DNA of 64,000 nt from Acidobacteriota bacterium (GTDB lineage: Bacteria; Acidobacteriota; UBA890; WLXD01), in assembly GCA_965205505.1 (NCBI GenBank), contig CBDBHB010000009.1, positions 1,536,001 through 1,600,000 of the forward strand, written 5' to 3'. The notes beneath the pieces are model-generated. The model saw only the letters and a list, made by a program, of their open reading frames with translations, was not told the origin of the DNA and did no database searches. The position numbers were made by a program, and so were the translations under genes. Position 1 is the stretch's first letter; each line of letters begins with the position of its first letter. Of the stretch, positions 55,898 through 64,000 are shown piece by piece.

Positions 55898-58078
55898 TCA
55901 GGCTGCGGCGATGTCGCGTGCCGTGATGATGCTCAGCGCGTCGCTCAAGGTGGCGAGACCAGCGGTGCGATCGACACACGAGACGCCGAAGCTCTGCTGT
56001 AGCTCGATCATGCCGTGGGTCATGCCGCCATTGCTGTAGAGCAAGACTCGCCCCGCCATGTCGGCATCCTTGTCTCGCACGGCGGTGAGGAATTCGGGCA
56101 GGTCGTCGGCACCCACCACCGCGTCGATCACCAGCCCGCGGTAGGCGCGCTGGGTTCCGAGCATGACCTTGGCTTCATCGAGACTGGCCACGACATCGAC
56201 GTGCAGGCCGGCTCCCAGCAAAACGCGTAGCATCACGTCGCGAACCAGGTCGTTGGCCTCGACCAGCAGGACGCGCTGGCTGCCCGCGGCAGCCGCTTCG
56301 CTAACAGTGGCGGTGAGCTCTGTCTGCAAATCCGGGGTCATCGACGAAGCCGGGAGGATCAGGCAGAAACGACTGCCCACGCCCTCTTGGCTCTCGGCCG
56401 TGAGCATGCCGCCGTGACGCTGTGCGACCGATCGAGCGGTCGATAATCCGAGCCCTGTGCCGGCTTTCCCCTTGGTGGTGAACAGCGGGTCGAAGATGCG
56501 CTCCATGGTCTCCTTGGACATTCCGGTGCCGGTGTCCTCGACGCTGAACACCACTTTGTCGGCGACTTCCGTGAGGCCCAGCGTCATGGTGCCACCCTTC
56601 GGCATGGCGTCGACGGCATTGATGATCAGATTCAGCAGTACCTCACGCAGCTCGGGCGGGTTGCCTTCGACGGCGCGAGTTTCCTCAACGTTGAGCTGTA
56701 GCGTGAGCCCACGTGTGGCCTCACGCCGCGCCCAGAGTGGGCGAGCATACTTCCAAGCCTCCTCGAGCACCCCGCGGGCGTCGACCGCCACGGTGCCGGT
56801 TTCTCGTGCGTTCTCACCGTCTAGATGGGTCCACGCCGCCAGGCGCTCGACGATCGTCAGACCCTCCTTGACGGACAGCTCGATAGTATTGAACCGTGCC
56901 ATAGATTCGTCATCGAAGGGACCATCGGTACCACCGGTGGATTCGGCATGGCGAGTGGCTTGCTTGCGTAGCGCTTCGGCGGCGAGCAGCACCCTCGACA
57001 GGATGTCGTTAAAGCTATGAGACACGCTGATGGCGATCTGCGACACCATCTCCATTTTCTCGGAGCGTTCCATCGCTTCGCGCATCTTCGCCTGCCGGAA
57101 GACCGCGCCAATTGCCTCGGCTACGTGTTGCGTCGTTTTGACAAGGCTTGGGCTGAAGGCGCCGCCCGAGCGCGCCACGCGCAGCACCACGTGACCGATC
57201 GCCGGATCTTCTAGGTTGACCGGACACAGCAGCAACGCGTTCAACGGCAGATCGGCAACCAATTCACGTACGGACTCGGTAAGCGGATCGGTGCGAAGAT
57301 CGTCGATGACCATCGTCTTACTGGCCTCGACCGCCTTCACTAGCTCGGGATAGCGCCCGGGCGATAGCTCCAGCTCCCGAATCTTCTCGTCATCGCTCGA
57401 GGAGATCACCTGCATGCTGCTATCGCCCAGCTGCACCAACGATGCGCGGACGTTTCCGGGATAGATATTCTGAATGTCTACGAGGACGTGGCGAATCACA
57501 TCGGTTGCTTCGAAGTCGTCCGAGAATGCGGCGCGGATCTTGCCTACCCAGCCGAGCAGATGACTCTGCAGGAGCGTCTCACGCATTCGTGCGCGGCTCG
57601 CCTCGATGAGTCCGCCGTAGCCCACGCCAATGCTGAACAGGAAACCGAGCCGCCCGATCAGGGCCGGCGTTTGTAGCAGCACCATGCCGTGCTCGAGGCC
57701 CAGGATCGTGCCGTACCCGGCTACGGCAAGGGTCGTGCCGGCCAGCGCCCACCGTAGGCTACCCGCCATTCCGACGATCGCCAGGATGACGAAGTATGCG
57801 AAGAAGAAGTCGCGCGCGAAGCCCGGCCCCGAGACCATCGCTCCCAGCAGAACGCTTATGTCTACCGCCGCGACAACCGGCAGCATCGCCGGATGCTCCC
57901 AGGTAGCTGGGCGCAGCCGCGACAGCACGATATTCGACAGAGCCACGGTAGCCAGAAGCCCCGCCCGAAGCGCCACGGTGCCTTCACCGCTTGCCCACAC
58001 GAGGTACGCGAGGGCGATGAACATCACCCAACGCAACAGCGTGACGATGCGGCGACGGTCCTGGAGAGTGGAATTCAT
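55898..58078 (-). CDS. Membrane sensor histidine kinase with GAF-like domain and degenerate C-terminal receiver
   Basis: SHSFND H-box, NLIINAVDAM, DTGTGM, FTTK, GTGLGL; RVLLVEAN receiver-like tail. Confidence 0.88.
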   Translation of the reverse strand: MNSTLQDRRRIVTLLRWVMFIALAYLVWASGEGTVALRAGLLATVALSNIVLSRLRPATWEHPAMLPVVAAVDISVLLGAMVSGPGFARDFFFAYFVILAIVGMAGSLRWALAGTTLAVAGYGTILGLEHGMVLLQTPALIGRLGFLFSIGVGYGGLIEASRARMRETLLQSHLLGWVGKIRAAFSDDFEATDVIRHVLVDIQNIYPGNVRASLVQLGDSSMQVISSSDDEKIRELELSPGRYPELVKAVEASKTMVIDDLRTDPLTESVRELVADLPLNALLLCPVNLEDPAIGHVVLRVARSGGAFSPSLVKTTQHVAEAIGAVFRQAKMREAMERSEKMEMVSQIAISVSHSFNDILSRVLLAAEALRKQATRHAESTGGTDGPFDDESMARFNTIELSVKEGLTIVERLAAWTHLDGENARETGTVAVDARGVLEEAWKYARPLWARREATRGLTLQLNVEETRAVEGNPPELREVLLNLIINAVDAMPKGGTMTLGLTEVADKVVFSVEDTGTGMSKETMERIFDPLFTTKGKAGTGLGLSTARSVAQRHGGMLTAESQEGVGSRFCLILPASSMTPDLQTELTATVSEAAAAGSQRVLLVEANDLVRDVMLRVLLGAGLHVDVVASLDEAKVMLGTQRAYRGLVIDAVVGADDLPEFLTAVRDKDADMAGRVLLYSNGGMTHGMIELQQSFGVSCVDRTAGLATLSDALSIITARDIAAA

Positions 58079-58220
58079 TGTGGTGCGTTCTCCGTATCCA
58101 AGAATAGGACAAGTATATGAATGGATATCTCCAGACCGAAGAACAAAAAATAACATTCTAAAAGTAACTAAAAGATGTACATGACCGGTATTGGTCAGTT
58201 TTAGTCGGAGCGAGAGCGCT

Positions 58221-59300
58221 CTACAACTGAACCCCGAGCCCGGGGCCCAGCCCGGGTGTAAGCAGGCCTTGGTGCACGCTGACCGCCGACGCGGTGGGAT
58301 CGTCGAGCAGGTCGAGGTGGCCATCAAGATCGATCCAGCGGATGGTCTTGGCGGCGAGCGCGAAGTGCAGAGCGGCAGCGATGGCAAGCGCGGCTTCGTC
58401 CATACAGCTCAACATGCAGGGGAGGCCAGCCGTTGCTGCTACCTGGTCGATTGCCCGCGCCGCGCTCACGCCGCCGGCCTTCATGAGCTTTACCGTGAAA
58501 CCGTCAACCACGCCGCCGGCAACCAACTCGACGGCGTCGGCAACACCAAGCAGGCTTTCGTCGGCCAGCACGGGGGGGATGCCCGGCTGCTCCTTTCGCA
58601 GGATGCGCAAGCTGGCGGTGAGCTCGGCTAGGCCGCGGCTGTCGTTTGCCGGAGTAGGCTGCTCGAAGGCAACCACGCTGGCGTCGGCGACTCCGCGTGC
58701 AAAACGTAGCGCCTCGTCGACGTCGTAGCCTTGGTTGGCGTCGAAGCGCATGTCGATGTCCGGCCCCAGCTCTCGGCGGAGACCGCCGACCCGCGCGATG
58801 TCGGCGTCTACATCCGTTCCGCCCTTGACCTTCAGTGCTCGGAATCCCTGCGCAATCTGATCGCGCCCACGCTCCAACGTTGCCTCGAGCGATTCGATGC
58901 CGAGCGTTACGGAGGTGATCAGGCTGCCAGGCGCTCCTCCGAGCATGACGCAGAGAGGCACGTTGGAGGCGCGAGCTCGGAGGTCCAGAAGGGCCATGTC
59001 CATGGCCGCTGCCGCTGCCGGCGCACCAGTCGCGGCGGGCCCGAGGTCAGGCCCGCGCCCCTGCTCGGGGTCGACGCCTATCGCGTCGGCCGCCAGCGTC
59101 TCCAGGGCATCCTTACAGTCCGTGACCGATTCGCCGGTGACTTCCGGCGCCGGCGCGGCGCAGCCGTAGCCGCGTATTCCAGTGTCGGTCTCGAGTCGAA
59201 CGAAGAGGTTGGTGGCGCTGTCATACGTCTCGTAGGCGATCGTGTAGGGCTCGCGCAGCTTGAAGTCGATTCGCCAAGTCTCCGAGTTGATGACGCGCAT
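58221..59300 (-). CDS. L-Ala-D/L-Glu dipeptide epimerase (enolase superfamily)
   Basis: KVK, DANQG, EQP, ADES, KLMK, DLDG. Confidence 0.88.
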   Translation of the reverse strand: MRVINSETWRIDFKLREPYTIAYETYDSATNLFVRLETDTGIRGYGCAAPAPEVTGESVTDCKDALETLAADAIGVDPEQGRGPDLGPAATGAPAAAAAMDMALLDLRARASNVPLCVMLGGAPGSLITSVTLGIESLEATLERGRDQIAQGFRALKVKGGTDVDADIARVGGLRRELGPDIDMRFDANQGYDVDEALRFARGVADASVVAFEQPTPANDSRGLAELTASLRILRKEQPGIPPVLADESLLGVADAVELVAGGVVDGFTVKLMKAGGVSAARAIDQVAATAGLPCMLSCMDEAALAIAAALHFALAAKTIRWIDLDGHLDLLDDPTASAVSVHQGLLTPGLGPGLGVQL

Positions 59301-59338
59301 GGGGCAGATCATAGTCCGAGACGAGTAGTCTTGGTTCC

Positions 59339-59764
59339 ATGCTGAAGATCAACGAGCGACTGACCATTCCGGCCGACGAGATGCAGTTCGTCGCGTCGCG
59401 CGGCGGAGGCCCCGGCGGTCAGCACGTCAACAAGGTGTCGTCTCGGGTCACCTTGCGCTTCGACGTGGCTGGCTCGCCCAGCCTCGAGGATCGAGATCGT
59501 GATCGCCTGCTGTCGCTGCTGGCGACGCGAATCTCCAACGTGGGCGTGCTGCAAGTCTCGTCGCACGCGTCACGCTCGCAGGCAAACAACAAGGCCGAAG
59601 TGATCGAACGCTTTCGCCAGCTGCTGGCCGACGCATTGCGACCGCCAAAGGAACGCAAGGCGACGCGGCCGAGCCGTGGCGAACGGCGCCGGCGGCTCGA
59701 GGGAAAGCGTCACCGAGCCAAGGTGAAGCGCACCCGGGGCAAAGTGCACAACGTCGACGAATAA
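59339..59764 (+). CDS. arfB: Alternative ribosome rescue factor B
   Basis: GPGGQHVNK, RSQ, basic C-terminal tail. Confidence 0.93.
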   Translation: MLKINERLTIPADEMQFVASRGGGPGGQHVNKVSSRVTLRFDVAGSPSLEDRDRDRLLSLLATRISNVGVLQVSSHASRSQANNKAEVIERFRQLLADALRPPKERKATRPSRGERRRRLEGKRHRAKVKRTRGKVHNVDE

Positions 59765-59824
59765 CGTGCGACACTCGCCCCGGCCAGCGCACGTGACCAT
59801 CGCCACCGTCTCCAGGAGAGCGGC

Positions 59825-60094
59825 ATGCGTCTCAGCCCCAGGTTCTTCTCGCGTCGTCTGACAGCCCGCGAGCGGCTCGTCTACGGAGCTGTGACCCTCT
59901 GGTTCCTGGTCGTGTCGGCGGCCCTGGTCTGGCCGCTGTACACACCTTTTGCTCGCCTGCGGCCGTTTGTCCTCGGCGTGCCGTTTGCGCTGGCCTTTCT
60001 TGCCGGAGTGCTGGTGGCCTCGTTCGTTGCCGGCGTGGCGTTGTACCGGTGGGAATCACGCCAGGGACTTCTCGACCGGGACGTCTCCGACTGA
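59825..60094 (+). CDS. Small membrane partner of a solute:sodium symporter
   Basis: Two TMs with PFVLGVPF; TGATG overlap with the symporter. Confidence 0.7.
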   Translation: MRLSPRFFSRRLTARERLVYGAVTLWFLVVSAALVWPLYTPFARLRPFVLGVPFALAFLAGVLVASFVAGVALYRWESRQGLLDRDVSD

Positions 60095-61560
60095 TGCCTG
60101 CCTGGATGGTGGTGTTCGGGGTGACCCTGGGATATCTGCTGGCGTCACTCATCGTGGGCCTGCTTTCCGGGCGACGGGCGAGCTCCGGACCCGAAGGGTA
60201 TATCGCCGGTGATCGGTCGCTCGGCTTCGTGCTGATGTACTTCATCATGGGTGCGTCGATCTTCTCGGCGTTCTCTTTTCTTGGTGGACCGGGTTGGGCG
60301 TACTCGCGCGGCGCTGCGGCCTTCTACATCCTGTCGTACGCCACGGTCGGACTGATTCCCTGGTATGCGTACGGGCCGCGCGTCGCCAGGCTCGGACGGC
60401 GGTTCGGCTACGTCACTCAGGCGGAGCTCTTCGCGCACCGGTTCGACAGCCGATGGTTGTCGGCCGCGCTGGCGATCATCAGCCTGGTGGCCTTCGTTCC
60501 TTACCTGGTGCTGCAAATGCAGGGGGCCGGCTACGTCTTCAACGTCGTCACCGAGGGACGGGTGCCGCATTGGCTGGGTGCAGCGATTGCCTACGGTGTG
60601 GTGTTGATCTACGTGCTCGCCAGCGGCGTGATGGGCGTCGGGTGGACCAACACGTTTCAGGGCGTCTTCATGATGGTGCTCGCCTGGGGTCTTGGGCTCT
60701 ATCTGCCTTATCGGCTCTATGGCGGCGTCGGGCCGATGTTCCAGGAGCTCGCCGCCGCCGTACCGGAGATGCTCGCGCCGCCCGGTCTGGATGGCGCCGG
60801 TAACCGCTGGAGTTGGGGTGGATACTCGAGCGCCGTAGCGGTGTCGGCGATTGGCTTCAGCCTGTGGCCGCATTACTTCATGAAGATCTACACGGCGAGC
60901 AGCGAGCGCGTACTCAAGAAGACGATCATCTTCTACCCGACCTTCCAGGTGTTCTTGATTCCAATCATCTTCATCGGTTTCTCGGGGATTCTCCGCTACC
61001 GTGATGTGGTTCCGGCCGATGCCATCCTGCCTACAATTCTGATGTCGCTGGATCTCCCCGCGTTCGCCGTGGGGCTGTTCTGTGCCGGTGCCCTGGCGGC
61101 TTCCATGTCGACGGGCGACGCGCTGCTGCACGCTGCGGGGTCGATCATGGTGCGCGACTTCGTGTGCGTGCTTTCACCGCGATCCCTCACCGAGCGGCAG
61201 CAGACACGGTTGATCCGCACGTTCGTGCTCATAATCTCGGCCTTCGCCTACTACTTCGCGGTCGTTTCCGAGCTCTCCCTGGTTGCTCTGTTGCTGCTCG
61301 CGTATGGCTTTCTAGTGCAGATCGCGCCGGTCCTCGTGGCAACGTTCTACTGGCCGCGCGCCACACCACAGGGCGTGCTCTCGGGACTGGTGGTCGGCTG
61401 TGGCGTGGTCATCCTCTTCTACTACGTGCCGGCCCTCCAGTGGCAGCAGGTCCAGCCTGGGATCTTCGGCCTGGCGGCCAACCTCGTCACCCTGGTGGCC
61501 GTGTCGCTGCTGACCGCGCCGATGGACGAGGCACACGTCGAGCAGTTCGTGGTGAGCTAG
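60094..61560 (+). CDS. Sodium:solute symporter family transporter
   Basis: YIAGDRS, FSAFSFLGGPG, ALAASMST. Confidence 0.9.
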   Translation: MPAWMVVFGVTLGYLLASLIVGLLSGRRASSGPEGYIAGDRSLGFVLMYFIMGASIFSAFSFLGGPGWAYSRGAAAFYILSYATVGLIPWYAYGPRVARLGRRFGYVTQAELFAHRFDSRWLSAALAIISLVAFVPYLVLQMQGAGYVFNVVTEGRVPHWLGAAIAYGVVLIYVLASGVMGVGWTNTFQGVFMMVLAWGLGLYLPYRLYGGVGPMFQELAAAVPEMLAPPGLDGAGNRWSWGGYSSAVAVSAIGFSLWPHYFMKIYTASSERVLKKTIIFYPTFQVFLIPIIFIGFSGILRYRDVVPADAILPTILMSLDLPAFAVGLFCAGALAASMSTGDALLHAAGSIMVRDFVCVLSPRSLTERQQTRLIRTFVLIISAFAYYFAVVSELSLVALLLLAYGFLVQIAPVLVATFYWPRATPQGVLSGLVVGCGVVILFYYVPALQWQQVQPGIFGLAANLVTLVAVSLLTAPMDEAHVEQFVVS

Positions 61561-61657
61561 ATGAGATGAGAAGGCCAACCTCCTGAACGCAGTAGCCTGA
61601 CGGCTCTGCAAACGTTTCTTCAAACGTAACGGGCTCGAAGCCCAAGGAGGTTGGCCG

Positions 61658-62699
61658 ATGAGGAGTGTAACGATTGGACTGGACGTAAGCGACCGGTACA
61701 GCCGTATGTGCGTGCTCGACAGTAAGGGCAGGGTGATGGAGGAAGGGCGGGTGAGGACGAGCCCGGAGGGGCTGGCGAGGCGGTTCGGGTGCGAGGAGCC
61801 CGCTCGAGTAGTGCTGGAGGTTGGAACGCACTCGCCGTGGATGAGTGAGCAGTTGAAGCAACTGGGTCATGAGGTGCTGGTGGCTAACCCGAGGCGGCTG
61901 AAGCTGATCTATGGCGAGCACGGACCGACCGGTTGGATGCCGAGCACCTGGCACGAGTGGGCAGAATGGACCCAAAGCTGCTTAAGACGGTGCAGCATCG
62001 AGGCAGACAAGCGCGAGCGGATCTAGCCGTGATTCGGAGCCGAGATGCTCTGGTAAAGAGCCCACGCAGTTGGTGAGCCATGTGCGTGGTGCGGTCAAGT
62101 CGGCCGGTTGTCGTATTCCCAGGTGCTCGACGCCGGCGTTCGCGCGCACCGCGCCAGAGCACATACCGGAGCGGCTCAAGGGAGCGCTCGAGCCGGTGCT
62201 TGAAACGATCGCCATGCTGACGGGCAACATCCAGCAATACGAGCGTCAGATCGTGCAGCTGTGCCAGGGGCGATACCCGGAGACACAGCAGCTCCAGCAA
62301 GTGGCCGGGGTCGGAGCTCTGACCGCACTGGCGTATGTGCTGACGCTCGAGGAGCCGGAACGGTTCAATACCTCCAGAGCCGTGGGCCCGTACCTGGGAC
62401 TGAGACCGAAGAAACGGCAGTCGGGGGACAAGGACCCTGCGCTACGAATAACCAAGGCGGGCGACAAAATGCTCCGACGCCTGTTGGTGGGCTCGGCGCA
62501 TTACATCCTGGGCCCCTTCGGGCCCGATACTGAGCTCAGACGCTGGGGGCTCAAGCTGGCCGGACGCGGTGGTCCTCATGGCAACAAAAAGGCAGCAGTT
62601 GCTGTCGCCCGTAAGCTCGCCGTTGTGCTGCACCGACTGTGGCTGAGTGGAGACGAGTACGAACCGTTGCGCGCACCTGTAGAGGTTTCAGCAGCATGA
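61658..62699 (+). CDS. IS110 DEDD recombinase/transposase, two frameshifts (~61920, ~62060)
   Basis: TIGLDVS, VVLE, TDRLDA (shifted frame), GVGALTA, YLGL..RQSG, AVARKL. Confidence 0.88.
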
Positions 62700-62945
62700 A
62701 CTAACCCGCAACCAGGAGGTCGGTAGGGCGACGCGACCCAACGGTTATCGATCTGACCGCCCGGTCCGGGCGACTGCGAAGGTCACTACGAGCTTCGAGC
62801 TCGGCAGCTAGATTGCAGCGCCTCGAATCGGGACGGACCCCAGAATGCACCGGACGACCTGAATCCTCGTCCACCAGAGTGCGAATAGGAGCATGGCGTG
62901 CAGATCGATTCTTCGCTGGGCACCACATTGCCCTTGACCGAACTA
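62700..62945 (+). ncRNA. Putative bridge/seek RNA of the IS1111-type element
   Basis: Stem-internal loop-hairpin at 62769-62822 whose loop strands match the target flanks; second loop resembles the circle junction. Confidence 0.65.
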
Positions 62946-62959
62946 GGCCTTCTCATAGA

Positions 62960-63234
62960 AGTGGCCTGTAGCAGATGATCGTTGCCTATCGCAGATGGGA
63001 TTTGCGGGTGAGATCAAGGCGCGGCGACGAAGTCGATGCTGGGACATCGTCCAGGAGCCGCAACGCCGAGATCGCCCGCAACTGCCCATCTGTCCGGAGG
63101 ATGGTGGCGAACTGGGCCCGTCTGCGGCGTTGCTCCTCCTCCACGATGGGCAAACATCGTCTCGTCGGAGCGCCTGACATCCGGGCCCATTTCGCCACCA
63201 CGATAGGCAACGATCATCTGCTACAGGCCACTAG
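62960..63234. mobile_element. MITE/REP-like palindromic element with 31-bp perfect terminal inverted repeats
   Basis: GTGGCCTGTAGCAGATGATCGTTGCCTATCG (62961-62991) and exact inverse (63201-63231); CTAG at both reconstructed ends. Confidence 0.8.
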
Positions 63235-63446
63235 GGTGGGCCGTTCTCGGATGGCGGGTTCGGGCGACGTTCCTTGCTGCGCGTTGCCAGCAGCATCGTC
63301 GTCAGGCCCAGCAAAAGCTCATCGGCGAACGGCAGCATGTCGGGCACCAGCAAGTCGAGCACGAACAGCCCCGCGGTGAGCGCAAACAGCCACGGGTAGC
63401 GCAGTTGCGAAAAATAGCGCAACAGAATGGCCGGCAGCGCACTCAT
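63231..63446 (-). CDS. Small membrane protein (DUF6116-like)
   Basis: LRYPWLF..LFVLDLLVPDMLPFADELLLGL. Confidence 0.65.
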   Translation of the reverse strand: MSALPAILLRYFSQLRYPWLFALTAGLFVLDLLVPDMLPFADELLLGLTTMLLATRSKERRPNPPSENGPP

Positions 63447-64000
63447 GACGACGATGCGGCGGGCGTATTCGCGGCAGCTTCTTTCGTCAGCTCCGCTGCT
63501 TTCGGCGCCCATCCGAGCGCCAGTGCTTCGTTACCGTCCAGGGCGAGACGCAAGGCATCGATCTCGATGTGTTCGTTCACCGTGTGCGCCAGCAGTTCGT
63601 CGCCGGGTCCGAAGCCGATGCACGCCACGCCGGCTTGCGAGAAATGGCCGCCGTCGGTGGCGAAGCGCCATGTTCCGACCGAGTCGACGGGACCCAGCAC
63701 TCCCTCGAGTGTCTGGCGGGCGGCCCGCACCGCAGGATGATCCTCGCCGAGGACATATGCCGGGTGCTCACCCCCCAGGACCATCTCGACGCCGGTGTGC
63801 GCCACCTGTTGGTGTTGAGGGATCGTGACGTCGGCCGTGGTGCCCTCGATCAAGCAGTCGGCGACCAGATGTTCGAGCGTGGTGCGCGCCGACTCGGCAG
63901 TTTCATCGGGCAGCAGCCGCCAGTCGCAGGTGAGCCAGATCTCGGCGGGGATCACGTTGCTGCTGATCTGATCTGTACGGATCAACGTTGGTGCCACGGT
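63443..64000 (-). CDS. M20/M25/M40 metallo-hydrolase, C-terminal part (runs off window)
   Basis: SNVIP, DWR, FATDGG, GFGPG..AHTVNE. Confidence 0.85.
   Translation of the reverse strand, partial: TVAPTLIRTDQISSNVIPAEIWLTCDWRLLPDETAESARTTLEHLVADCLIEGTTADVTIPQHQQVAHTGVEMVLGGEHPAYVLGEDHPAVRAARQTLEGVLGPVDSVGTWRFATDGGHFSQAGVACIGFGPGDELLAHTVNEHIEIDALRLALDGNEALALGWAPKAAELTKEAAANTPAASSS

Larger units (their letters stand above)
61559..62959 (+). mobile_element. IS110-family, IS1111-type insertion sequence
   Basis: Perfect 11-bp subterminal IRs ATGAGAAGGCC (61566-61576)/GGCCTTCTCAT (62946-62956), 7 and 3 nt from the inferred ends; long 3' non-coding region. Confidence 0.88.

Noticed and set aside
58085-58200. 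AT-rich stretch between the epimerase and histidine kinase genes
   Set aside because: Consistent with an ordinary promoter region; no further structure supportable

Overview
GC-rich bacterial chromosome segment, most consistent with an Acidobacteriota genome (ADOP permease + PadR pair, Ser/Thr kinases, S9 peptidases). Core content: a selenocysteine NAD-linked formate dehydrogenase (fused NuoE/F-like subunit + FdhF-like alpha with in-frame TGA and SECIS), gdhA with a PPDK_N-like partner, thiC, a circularly permuted complex I operon (J-K-MrpD-like-small-MrpD/L-like-M-N-A-B-C-D-EF-G-H-I-apbE) with four antiporter-type subunits, guaA, pdxH, arfB, transporters, kinases and a DUF3179 selenolipoprotein. 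Three non-coding features stand out: (1) a ~455-nt modular, self-enclosed structured RNA candidate at 47139-47601 with five GCAA-capped arms carrying GGAA-type internal loops; (2) an IS1111-type (IS110 family) element whose 3' non-coding end contains a bridge/seek-RNA-like loop matching its own target site; (3) a nested-palindrome MITE-like element whose end is that target. Several genes are frameshifted or present only as fragments (sequencing indels and/or real decay). All calls come from reading the sequence by eye; no searches were run.
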